A stretch of 64,000 bases of DNA from Phoronis australis (taxonomy: Eukaryota > Animalia > Phoronida), in NCBI GenBank assembly GCA_002633005.1, contig NMRA01000333.1, positions 186,001 to 250,000 of the forward strand, in the 5' to 3' direction. Within the stretch, counting starts at the first letter, position 1, and each line of letters starts with the position of its first letter. The notes under the pieces were generated by a model, which worked only from the letters and a program-made list of their open reading frames with translations, ran no database searches and was not told where the DNA came from. Positions 13,301-25,200 of this stretch are shown here, one piece after another. Both the position numbers and the translations under genes were made by a program.

Positions 13301-16300
13301 ACAATCAATTGTTATGGTTCAATTAATACTTTATGGTCTTGGCATGGAGTCAGTGTTTTAAGAAAGGCAGTTTCGGAGATTTGCTGTCCAAAATTTTAAG
13401 AGTTGATTTTTGATTAAGTTTTCAGATATACCTATGGTAAATCTTACCAATTCAAGACAATATGTGGAATGCCTAAAATGTTATATTTTTTCATAGAAGA
13501 GTACTACAAAATAAATTTGTCATCATTGATAAGTTCCATAACATATTTTGATAAATTAAAAAAACAGTCAATTTTGGCAATTATTTTTGTCCTAAGTTCA
13601 TGAGATTTTACCGTACATTTGGTGAATCATACGGTAAATTGTAACCATTTTAAACATTTGCTCTGCAGTACGTATCATTCAAAACTATACTCTTTACAAA
13701 CTGATCAATTCAGGACACAAAATGACACAAAAATAAAAATTTCCTGTTTGTTTCCATAAAACAAGTGTTTCACCACATCACCAAATTGACACTTTAAAAT
13801 TTTAAAGTTCTACAGCATAGGCATCAATCATAGCACTGTTTTGAAATATCATGGACATTCTTGCCAATACTAGAAGTCCATAAAAATGAGAAAAAAGCAA
13901 TTTTGGAAATTATTTTGTCCCCAATTGGCAAGATTATACTGTAGCTATCGTTATTACATGATATATTTATCTTCAACTTTTTGAAAACCATTAAATATGA
14001 ATTTTAGTCCAATTCAAAATTAGGTCTGCAATTCTCCAGTTACAATGGTTTTAAAAACTGAAAATTGGAGAAACTTTGAAACAATAATTTCTGTCTAATT
14101 TATGATTGGGCATTGTTTTTCATTTGGCTTCATTCTGGACTTTAGTCATATTTTTGACAAAACAGGCTAAATTTCGATGGAAATTGTCAATATTTTCTTT
14201 GAAATCTATATCGTATAGTATTCCGTACAAAAAAAATTGCCCAATTGGTTATTTCTGAAAGGCTGACTGCACTGTTGCAGAAAATAAATAATTAGTCACC
14301 CAGGGTTAATTAAAGCTACAGGCAATACTGACAATGTTAATGACGGAATTATTTTTTTTCTTAATCTCCATTTCCAAATACGAAGCCGCACATTGTCCAC
14401 TTCTTTATACATTGTTATAAATAGATGAGGAATTACTACTCAAGACACACTTCCCAAGTTTTACATCATCAATGCTTTATGCTTGAACCACTGCCGCAAA
14501 CTGCTAAGTCTGTTAAAGGGAACTTTCGAAAATAGGCCCACCCAAAGGTATGCTCATGGATAACTGTTTGCATGACTTGCATGGAATATATTTTATTGTA
14601 AAATTTCAATCATTTTGACGAATATATATTTTGTGATAACAATCTTACTCAAACGACTATCATTTAACGAGTTGCTGGGTGACTTATATGTTGGTAACTA
14701 AGGCAGATTAGCACAGTGTGAAGGACAGTTTTAACAACATAGTTTCAGAAACTACATCCCCATTTTCTGAAAATATGTCCAGGCATATATTTGATTTAAA
14801 ATGACGTTTTCGAAAGGTAGTTTTTGAAATATTCACCCATGGGCCTATTTTTGGAAATTCTTGATACGATTATTTTACATGAACCAACTCCAGGGGCAAA
14901 CTGCATAACAATGTGTGGATGCCATGCATTGTAATTATTTACGTCATACCTAATTCAGCAAACCGCTAAGACTCCATTAATACAAACTGACATGTTACAA
15001 CCTACTTGTGCTTATGGGAAATTGCCTGTCACCATCGTCTCACACTGTGTTTCATCAAAAGCATGCAGCACATGGCAACATCTTGTAAACACAGTCAGGT
15101 TAACTAGCCAATTCTTAAATTATTAAGGGACAAATTGACGGGGAGACAATTGAGTCTGTACCTTAAGGAAGTTAGCAGTTGGTAATTGGCAGGCACTTAG
15201 TACAAAACGTCATCAGTTTGGATAAAAACAGTTAACCAAATTGTAACCCTTTTCAAAATGTTCAACGTCTTCTTACATATAACAAACGGTTCACATGGGA
15301 CTACAGGCGCAAGCTTGTCCAACGTGAGCTCGACCGTGCAGATATTTCTGATAACAAACGTCTTCTTACAATGTAGTAAGCACTGCCAGTGAGTTAGCAA
15401 ACATGTAATGAAAGGTGGCTAATGCCTTCAATAAAATCTCATCAATTTTGGACAAATATAGTTTACAAAAATAGTTCCCAAAATTACCCTTTCGGTGTCT
15501 CCTAACATAGTTGTGAATACCCTACAGAACTTGAACACCAAAAAGCATTAACTTGGTTCATATCTGCAAAACGACGAGAAAGTAAAATTTTGACCTAAAC
15601 TGGTGATATTTTTACCAAAATACTTAGTGGACATTTCTACATGTATAAAAATACTAGCCTAATAAAAAATGGCGCTAACAACAATAACGATAATGTGTCC
15701 TTTACATTATACCGTACATTTTAATAGCACCAAAATCATGTTGCTCTTAAGAGAAATGCTCTCTCATGTAAAGATTTTAGTGTCAAAATATCTGTGGACT
15801 AATTTAGTCGCATAACGACACGACACGCAGAAGCTGAGCACAGTTATTGAGTTGCAAAATCAAGACACTTATTTACTTTGCAAATCTATACAAACACAAT
15901 GCCAGTGATAAATTTCATCACTTTGTCATTGCCAGATAAATTATCTGTGGCTGAATTGGTTAATGTTGAAGGCTTGATGCCCAGACTAAGCCTACAGTGA
16001 CAAAACTTAAGTATATGGTCTAACGGGCAAAATTTTCACAGGAGCCAGCTTAAATCTAATACCAACATCAAGTTGTTAACACTACAACAAACAGAGAAAT
16101 TTTAATAAACAATGCTTTATTTCCTGAGTCTTAATATCCTGTAAAAGCACTAAGTAAATGGCATATGCCACAAAATCATTTCCGATTGATGTCAACAGCG
16201 TTACTGTCTACCTTAGCTTAGACATTAGAAAATAAATGACTTATCACTTAATTTTAAGCATTCGGTATTTTTAAATGGTTTAGAGTCACAAACTGAACAT

Positions 16301-19300
16301 ATCACTCAACGTTATGGAACTTACTTTAAGTACTCAATAAAAACGCATTAACATTGTGTTTGCAGGCATTAATATCTGACATCTAATCTGGTAGCGGCTG
16401 TATTTTAGGTTAATTCTTGGCTATTTGTGACAACAGCATGTAACCGCAAACTGTGACCATTTCAAGTCAACATGATCAATATAATACACAAGCAGTGTCA
16501 CTTGAATTCTTATTAACCATACGTTGACTGTCAGTATTGTGGACAATAGTACTCATGAAGAATTTACAATAGCTCTGAGAGACTGATGACATCAGGGATA
16601 CCAGTGATGCTTAAAAATTGACTGATTACCAGTGTCGCAAGAGGCTTAAATGTAAATACACAAAAAAATCCTGGAACATAGTAACAAAGCTTCAAAGCTT
16701 GTTGTTTCTTACACAGTTTAATAGAGGCCTATAATAAATACCTCGAATAAGCTATGGGGGGAAGTGAATACTTTTGGATATTTTATTTTGGCATGAAGAT
16801 TTGTTGTTGATAGATGATACATTCAAATACTTCCAAAATAACTATAAATAAACAGCAATGTATTAAATTGGAATAAAACAAAAAATGGGAAGCAACGTTG
16901 TTTTAAGTACAACTAAAATAATTAGTCAACTTTTTGCCCACTGTTTTCTGAGATATAGATTACCATCAAAACTCAACTTCGACACCTTAATTGCATTTAT
17001 TTTTCAAACACACGTACTTCATTNCAGTCAATTTTGGCAATTATTTTTGTCCAAAGTTCACGAGATTTACTGTACATTTGGTGAATCATAAATTGTAACA
17101 ATTTTACACATTTGCTCTGCAGTAAGTGTTTCACCATATCACCAAATTGACACTAACTGCTAAGTCTGTTAAAGGGAACTTTCGAAAATAGGCCCACCCA
17201 AAGGTATGCTCATGGATAACTGTTTGCATGACTTGCATGGAATATATTTTATTGTAAAATTTCGATCATTTTGGCGAAACTACAGCAATCTTACTCAAAC
17301 GACTATCATTTAACGAGTTGCTGGGTGACTTATATGTTGGTAACTAAGGCAGATTAGCACAGTGCGAAGGACAGTTTTAACAACATAGTTTCAGAAACTA
17401 CATCCCCATTTTCTGAAAATATGTCCAGGCATATATTTGGTTTAAAATGACATTTTCGAAAGGTAGTTTCTGAAATATTCACCCATGGGCCTATTTTTGG
17501 AAATTCTTGATATGATTATTTTACATGAACCAACGCCAGGGGAAAACTGCATAACAATGTGTGGATGCCATGCATAGTAACTATTTACGTCATACCTAGT
17601 TCAGCAAACCGCTGAGACTCCATTAATACAAACTGACATGTTACAACCTACTTGTGCTCATGGGAAATTGCCTGTCACCATCGTCTTACACTGTGTTTCA
17701 TCAAAAACATGCAGCACATGGCAACATTTTGTAAACGCAGTCAGGTTAACTAGCCAATTCTTAAATTATTAAGGGACAAATTGATGGGGAGACAATTGAG
17801 TTCTGTACCTTAAGGAAGTTACCAGGTGGTAACTGGCAGGCACTTAGTACAGAACGTCATCAGTTTGGACAAAAACAGTTAACCAAATTGTAACCCTTTT
17901 CAAAATGTTCAACATCTTCTTACATTGCAGTAAGCACTGCCAGGGAGTTGGCAAACATGTAATGAAATGTGATTGGTTCTTTCAATAAAATCTCACCAAT
18001 TTTGGACAAAAATAGTTCCCAAGAACAGTTCCCAAAATTACCCTCTCGGCATTTTTTAATGTCTCCTAACAATACACTGTGAATACTCTATAGAACTTGA
18101 ACACCAAAAAGCCTTAACTTGGTTCATATCTGCAAAACGACGAGAAAGTAATATTTTGACCTAAATTGGTGATATTTCTACCAAAATACTTAGTGGACAT
18201 TTCTACATGTATAAGAATGCTAGTCTAATAAAAACAGCAGTAGCAACAATAACGATAATGTGTCCTTTACATTATACCGTACATTTTAATAGCACCAAAA
18301 TCATGTTGCTCTTAAGGACTGCTCTCTCATGTAAAGATTTTAGTGTCAAAATATCTGTGGACTAATTTAGTCGCATAACGACACGACACGCAGAAGCTGA
18401 GCACAGTTATTGAGTTGCAAAATCAAGACACTTATTTACTTTGCAAATCTATACAAACACAATGCCAGTGATAAATTTCATCACTTTGTCATTGCCAGAT
18501 AAATTATCTGTGGCTGAATTGGTTAATGTTGAAGGCTTGATGCCCAGACTAAGCCTACAGTGACAAAACTTAAGTATATGGTCTAACGGGCAAAATTTTC
18601 ACAGGAGCCAGCTTAAATCTAATACCAACATCAAGTTGTTAACACTACAACAAACAGAGAAATTTTAATAAACAATGCTTTATTTCCTGAGTCTTAATAT
18701 CCTGTAAAAGCACTAAGTAAATGGCATATGCCACAAAATCATTTCCGATTGATGTCAACAGCGTTACTGTCTACCTTAGCTTAGACATTAGAAAATAAAT
18801 GACTTATCACTTAATTTTAAGCATTCGGTATTTTTAAATGGTTTAGAGTCACAAACTGAACATAACACTCAACGTTATGGAACTTACTTTTGTACTCAAT
18901 CAAAACGCATTAACATTGTGTTTGCAGGCATTAATATCTGACATCTAATCTGGTAGCGGCTGTATTTTAGGTTAGTTCTTGGCTAATTGTGACAACAGCA
19001 TGTAACTTCAAACTGTGACCATTTCAAGTCAACATGATCAATATAATACACAAGCAGTGTCACTTGAATTCTTATAACCATACGTTGACTGTCAGTATTG
19101 TGGACAATAGTACTCGTGAAGAATTTACAATAGCTCTGAGAGATTGATGACATCAGGGACACCAGTGATGCTTAAAAATTGACTAATTACCAGTGTCGCA
19201 AGAGGCTTAAATGTAAATACAAAAAAAGTCCTAGAACATAGTAACAAAGCTTCAAAGCTTGTTGTTTCTTACACAATTTAATAGAGGCCTATAATAAATA

Positions 19301-20521
19301 CCTCGAATACGCTATGGGGGGAAGTGAATACTTTTGGATATTTTATTTTGGCATGGAGATTTGTTGTTGATAGATGATACATTCAAATACTTCCAAAATA
19401 ACTATAAATAAACAGCAATGTATTAAATTGGAATAAAACAAAAAATGGGAAGCGACGTTGTTTTAAGTACAACTAAAATAATTAGTCAACTTTTTGCCCA
19501 CTGTTTTCTGAGATATAGATTACCATCAAAACTCAACTTCGACACCTTAATTGCATTTATTTTTCAAACACACGTACTTCATTTCAGAATAAATTATTAT
19601 AGTCATGACATCAGTCTAATTCTTCTTCTAAAATCTTCTTCCAGGAAGAGGAACAAAAAAGAGTAATTTGACCGAGCTTTCGTTAGACGATGGAGTTAAT
19701 AGTCACATTGAAAGTACACTTGTCTATTGTCATGTTTTTCACTCTGATATGTAGTTAATAGGCGTTCCATCCGGTGTGGATGCCGTAAGCATTCAGGCCA
19801 TAACTGAAGGACTTGCAACTGATAGAGCCTACAAATCGAATATGCACTTCCAAAACTGCAATTACCTCCATTTCATTTTTATTCTAAATATGCAAATTAT
19901 AAGTCAAATGACCAAAAAAAACAAAAAAAGTTGGAACCTTAATTGGCAATAAGAAAACATGATCATCAACCGACGATATTTAACGTGTGACCAAGTAATT
20001 GCACTCGTGGTAATAAGATTGACTTTAACTTAATTACAAGAGTTGCAAAGTCAGTAAAGCATATTAAGTAAAAACATTTTTGACAGGTAAGTCTACAAAC
20101 TTGTTAGGCTATCTGGTTTTCTGTATATTTTCACTGAAAAGTTATCACTTGGCAAGTCACCCATGTCGATGATGACCACTAATGGAGTAATGCTGCACCA
20201 AAGTATAGAGGGCAGTTGGTAGCACTTGGCACTAAATCTAGCACTTAGCAAAGCTGAATGAAATCGCCACTTCAGTAACTAAGAGTAAGAACATGAATAA
20301 GAGCTGACATCGCGAACTACGGATATTCCGCCGTGTGGAGAAAACGGATTCTCAAAATGCGGGCACATTATATACGACCATTGCCGTAACTTGTATGTAG
20401 GCCTAAGACTACGCGTACTGTTACCGATTCTGAACTTGAATCATTATTAATTTTTTATTTCGGTACCCGGTCTCAAACGTGTAAATAACAATTCAAAGCT
20501 ACAAAATACACTTACCGTCAT
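1368..20521 (-). CDS. Uncharacterised multi-exon protein with repeated CSPP1-like (Y/F)xP(W/F)GKxGxGAP motifs; 3' end is beyond the left edge
   Basis: Minus-strand GT-AG exons 20521-20516 (ATG ACG|gtaag), 12418-12349, 9396-9214, 8645-8540, 8050-7936, 7569-7510, 6915-6621, 6051-5923, 5463-5395, 4283-4255, 2161-2024, 1479-1368 join in phase with no stops (1312 nt, ~437 codons). Motifs: [73 protein letters not shown]. The 6-nt first exon and the two small exons (69 and 29 nt) are the least certain. Confidence 0.8.
3499..3635. mobile_element. Degenerate MITE with imperfect TIRs
   Basis: ctggacctgaatcacca...tactcaacacttgactcaaaaact versus the reverse complement of the right end, ctgggccttagaccatca...gactcaatacttacttcaaaact. 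Confidence 0.4.
10198..10423. mobile_element. Fold-back element with ~68-bp inverted arms carrying hammerhead-like cores (Penelope-like inverted terminal repeat remnant)
   Basis: 10198-10265 is the near-perfect reverse complement of ~10356-10423. The right arm reads CTGATGA tGTC taatgaaat GAC GAAACGTT. The spacer contains a ~43-bp direct duplication (tggcacttgttgtcctaaattgttgtaaatatgatcctgatga). Confidence 0.6.
13564..19583 (+). repeat. Tandem duplication: 13564-17023 repeated as 17025-19583 with indels, joined at a single N
   Basis: Copy 2 restarts at 17025 with cagtcaattttggcaattatttttgtcc (matches 13564). Both copies end cacgtacttcatt (17023, 19583). Long identical stretches are interrupted by scattered SNPs and indels, and copy 2 lacks ~13794-14498. 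Confidence 0.95.
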
Positions 20522-21417
20522 GTTCAAGTTTCAGTTGTGTCGTACTAGGATCTATATATCCGTGGGATGCCATGCTGTATAACATTTGGAAGTGCCGAAT
20601 ATTCTACCTGGCTCACAACAACTCGACCCAACTGTGTGACCTCTCACTCTTATTGTTGTAATTATTGTCATGGAGCCATCGACTTCTTATCGAAAGGGGA
20701 CTGGAAACTGAACGAATATGTTTTAAGTGTATAAGTAGCAATCATAACTAAATTTTAGTAAATAAGTTGCTCATAAAGTATTTTTATTATTTATAAAACA
20801 AAATTATGCTTAAATAGTCCTCATAATTTCAAATCTAAAATTATAAGTTTATTTAACTGTTGTACTTCGATGCTCTTCTTTTTTGTTCGTAACCGGATGC
20901 GGAAGCCTTACCTATACAGTCATGCGCATAAAGGAGATTCCAGAGAAGTTGCAGTTCGAATCTCTGGTGACAGGTTTTGAGCAGGTAATCAGTCCTATTT
21001 CTGCAAATTTACAAACATTCGTCTTGCATTTCTATATTTGAATGGTTACTAGTTGGAGGTTTTGATGTGCGCTGTGTTGCCGTTTTGTTCGATCTACAAA
21101 AAATAGTCTCGTAGACCAGACAGCAGACTGAGCTGAGCCCAGGCTTGGCAGGCATAAGCTCCAGAGTCCAGTGAATCATTTGAGACCCCCTGTTAGCCAC
21201 TCGTTTATGAACAATTGCCTGCTAGCTGATTGGATAGCACGCCCGCCAGAAGCGTGGTCAATAGAGTGAGCGCCCGCGAGCGATTTGAGCTCCCTCGTAC
21301 TGAACAGCTGTGTTTACGTTAGCGCTCGCAAACAACCTCGAGAACATGTTCGCTGGCGTTCAGGTGAATGTATCACATGATGGCCGTCACCTAACAGATT
21401 TGTAGAGAACTGGAAAG
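20522..21417. promoter_or_regulatory. Putative bidirectional promoter region between the unnamed gene (-) and TTC21B (+), with candidate non-coding first exon(s) of TTC21B
   Basis: Locally CpG-enriched. ETS-like CCGGATG/CGGAAG near 20893-20905, CATGCGCAT near 20921, a reverse CCAAT (ATTGG) near 21229 and an imperfect X-box ATTGTCATGGAGCC at 20664-20677. Strong + strand donors at 20985 (CAG|GTAATC) and 21418 (AAG|GTGAGC), and an acceptor at 22219 upstream of the TTC21B ATG. Confidence 0.55.
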
Positions 21418-22259
21418 GTGAGCTTCATTTGAATTTCCAACTTTTTATCTACATCAATTCATAGCTGTGTTTTGACGTTTATCTAGGAATCGATGTGAGT
21501 AAAAAGTTGGCAATTTCAGCAAAGGTTACCTTTCCAGTTCGCCACAACACTATTGGGGTTGCTCTCACCACGAAACTTAAAAATGTAGCACACCTGACAA
21601 TCAGGCATTCAAATGACATCCACCTTGTCTGTTTCAGTCGTTTAAAAAACAATATGGTGAGCGTAATTTAATAACAAATAAGATGTCAATTTCAAAAGAG
21701 TTTGTTTGTGACGCAGTCACATGCCATTTGCTTGTTATTTTTGTTTTGGTAAATCAACATCTTTCAGGAGATGGTGACAACTTACAGAAGTTTTCTTGAA
21801 AATTAGATTTGCTAGTTAATGAAATACTAATAACTTGTAACAATTTCGTGAAACTATTTTCAGTAATTGGTTGTCAATTTTGCACTTGCAAACTTTTGAG
21901 TTGAAAAATAGTCAAAACTGAAATTGACCAACAGATGGCATCCTATTTCATGGTGCTCAATGTTGAAGCACGTCAGCGCTCTTCAAATTTAACTGCAAGA
22001 TGCATGCTAACCCCATTATTTTTGCGGCGGTAACCAACTGAAGTTAGTTCACTGGAGGCAAAGTGACCATAGTTATTTTGTGTCAGACTTTATTTCCTTC
22101 ACTTTTTACCCAGATAAATCAAAAGCTGCATATTTATACACCTTTGCACCATGGGTGTCTGTCTGTCTGTATATGCCTACATCATTTTACTGAAGTACCA
22201 TGAATTTAGTGTTTTATAGATGGATTTGAGTGACCTGTGATCGACATCAAAGACACAAA

Positions 22260-25200
22260 ATGGCCGACTCGGATCCTGTCACCTTGGTGAGACAACGTCC
22301 TCTTATTTTTTGTTTTAAAGTATCCAGTGGTTCTTAATGTTTTGGATCTTCAGTTATGGCTAACCCTAGTTTCCTCATAGTGCTGCTAACAGGTGGACAC
22401 TCCTATCTGGGAACAATTAGTCTTGAAGGCATAGAGATGTCTTTTTTTGAAAAAAGGCTTGCCTGAAGTTAGTTAGACTTGTTTGAGAGGCAATGAATGT
22501 CTGGTGATCAAATGGCTGTGAATTGTTTAGTGAATGGAGAAAGTAAAAATAAAATTCTGTTCTATGCCTTCCCCCCACTTTTGGTCCATAATGTTTCAGG
22601 TCCTTTGGTGCCCTACTCTGGGACTGAATATCATCCCAACTCCCTCAGAAAAAAGTATTTAAAAATTACACTAAGCTCTCCCATCAGGTCAAAAATATTC
22701 ACCTCAAAGGATTAAACAATTCTTTCAAAGAGTATTTCCCCCTCAGAAGGCGCAAGCACCTTTCCCCTCAGGTGAACGAGGGCCCTGTATTTAATATTAA
22801 TACTAGTAGTCGTTCCCTCAAGTATTGTCCAGAGCTGACTGATTTATGCTATGACAGGGCAAGGTCAACTATTACTGCCGAGAGAAGTTTTATCGCGCCA
22901 TGCAGAATGCTGCTGTGGAGGGTTTACGGAAGTATGGAAACGACCCTGTGCTCAAATTCTTTAACGCCTACAGCTGTATTCTGGAAGGTAGGTTTGGCCA
23001 CACAGTCTGTGTACTTGAAGTGTATTGAGTAGAGTATTGAAGTGTTTTCTTTCAAGTTCGGATAGTGTGACATTTGCATACTAGCTGGAGCCAACGCTAG
23101 ACTTTGAGCGAAATTAGCAATATCGAAAAAATTATCATCAGACTCAGTGATTACAACTTAATAATCAACATTGAGAAGGAGCTATTTAAAACCCCGTCTA
23201 CAAAAGACGATTTCTTGTGACTCCAATGGATATTTGTATGATATTAATGAGCTTTTGTTATCCTCTTGTATAACATTGTTACCTTGGTAGCGATAGGGGT
23301 TTAGTATAATTGAGTAGCAATTGTGCGATTGTCATGCATCAATCATCACCTGACTTGAATGAATCTTTGTCTTGCAACAATCTAGTAATGCTCGCATGGT
23401 TGTCATGGGAACATTTCATGTGAGTGTCGTGACCTTGTGTTGCGTGGCAGTCTATATCTAATGTTGATACGAGAATGCTTCAATTCAGCTATTTCTGTCA
23501 AAAACACAGCAATGGCTTCTCTGCAGTTCTTAAAACGTGTAGCAAAAAACTTGCATCGTATGTTATAAGGGGAGGTTATAGACTGATCTTAAATGCATTT
23601 TGAACAGTTGAAAATGATGGCATTGAAATCGTGGCCTTTTCTGTTTTTCTGTTAAGGTCAAGTATCAAAGGACCAAGGTAAACAATTACTGTTTTTGTGT
23701 AGTGTGTCATATTGTGGGATTATCGTTTCATTTTTTTTCAAAAAGAAAATTTTTTAGTCATGACAATTGTTTACATGTGCTTGTATTGTTATGTTAGTTG
23801 AATTAAATTTACACCTTAACTTTGCTTGTGACACATGAATTATTCAGATCTGAGAGCAGTCTCTCACTGTGCAGGCCTGTTTCAACTTGGGTGAGTGCTG
23901 GCATGTTATGCGTGATCGTTGTCTTTGTTATGATAGTTGCACAGAAAATAGCCAGTGTCACTTGAAGTTTGGCTGTGACAATGAAAAGTTAAAGTAAGGG
24001 TCTTGTGTTGTAGTTTTGTTGATTTGCACGTAGCTCCTCCTTCTGGATAATTTGGTAACTACTGTTTGTCTAATGTGTTGTATAGGTCGTGTCCAGGAGG
24101 GCATGAGGGAGCTGGAGACATTGAAAGACAAGCGGGATGTCAATCTCTGCTCAACCATGGCTCTTATGCAGGGTCACAAACTGAGCAGGACTGTAGGTGA
24201 GTCGTCTGGTCTGTGTGACTGTGTCGGCCTAGAGTAGTCACTCAGTTTTGTGTACTTCATCCAGTCAGTGCCCGAATGTCATGCCATTTTGCTTCTGGAT
24301 GTCCACAAGAGTTTGACGTTAAAAGCATATTATTTGAAAAGTGCGAACCACTTTCTTGTAATTCCACATAATATTATATGGCCCTTGGCCGTGAATGTTG
24401 TGTTACTGATCTTGATATGTGTGATGAACTTGTGCTATGGTCAGGGCTTTAACACTGTAGATTTGAATTATTCTTTTTCATTGTCTTTGAGACTCACACA
24501 TCCGAGCTGAGGTCACTAAGCTTTACAGGAGACATAGCTCAATAATTAACCAATCACATCTCGTAAATTTTGAAATTTTTCTCATTGGGTGACACCCAAT
24601 TGGACAATATTCGAGACTAGTCTCGCGTTAAGTTTGCTGTTCTTGGATCCATCATTGTTTTAGTTAGTATACTCTGGGAAGATTCTCAGATAAAGCACTA
24701 GAGTTCACATACATTTATTTATACCCTGAGTGGAACTTTTGGTCAGTGTTTACCATCTGACTTCCCACTTTCCTTTCATGTCTAAGTGTTTTTTGTAGAC
24801 CGAGAGGCTGTTCAAGAACTGGACGCCAAACTGAAGGAAGAGAGAAAGCAAGCTGGTGAAAAGGTATGCATATCCTGGTCAATAGGTTTATGTCAATGAT
24901 GGCGTCTACATGTGCCCATTTTATGGACATAGCAAGAAAACTACTTTGTGTAACATTAAACTAATACTTTTATGAGACTTGTCTCATTGCAATGTTATAA
25001 TGCTTATTTCATGATGTGAAACTTGTGGCTTGACACAAGTTTGCCCATAATTTGGCTCTTTGTAAAAGGGTCAATGATGTCATTGGCCGTTAGGATGGTG
25101 ACAATAGCAGTTTGTTGCTAGAAGCTATTGTACATTGTGCGAAACTGGAGGTGGTTAATAATGCAGCATTATAACGAATTCCTGTAATTTATTATCATTA

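Noticed and set aside
16885-19666. Duplicated ORFs MGS(N/D)VVLSTTKIISQLF...
   Set aside because: They are the ends of the tandem/haplotype duplication, with no splice context or recognisable protein features.
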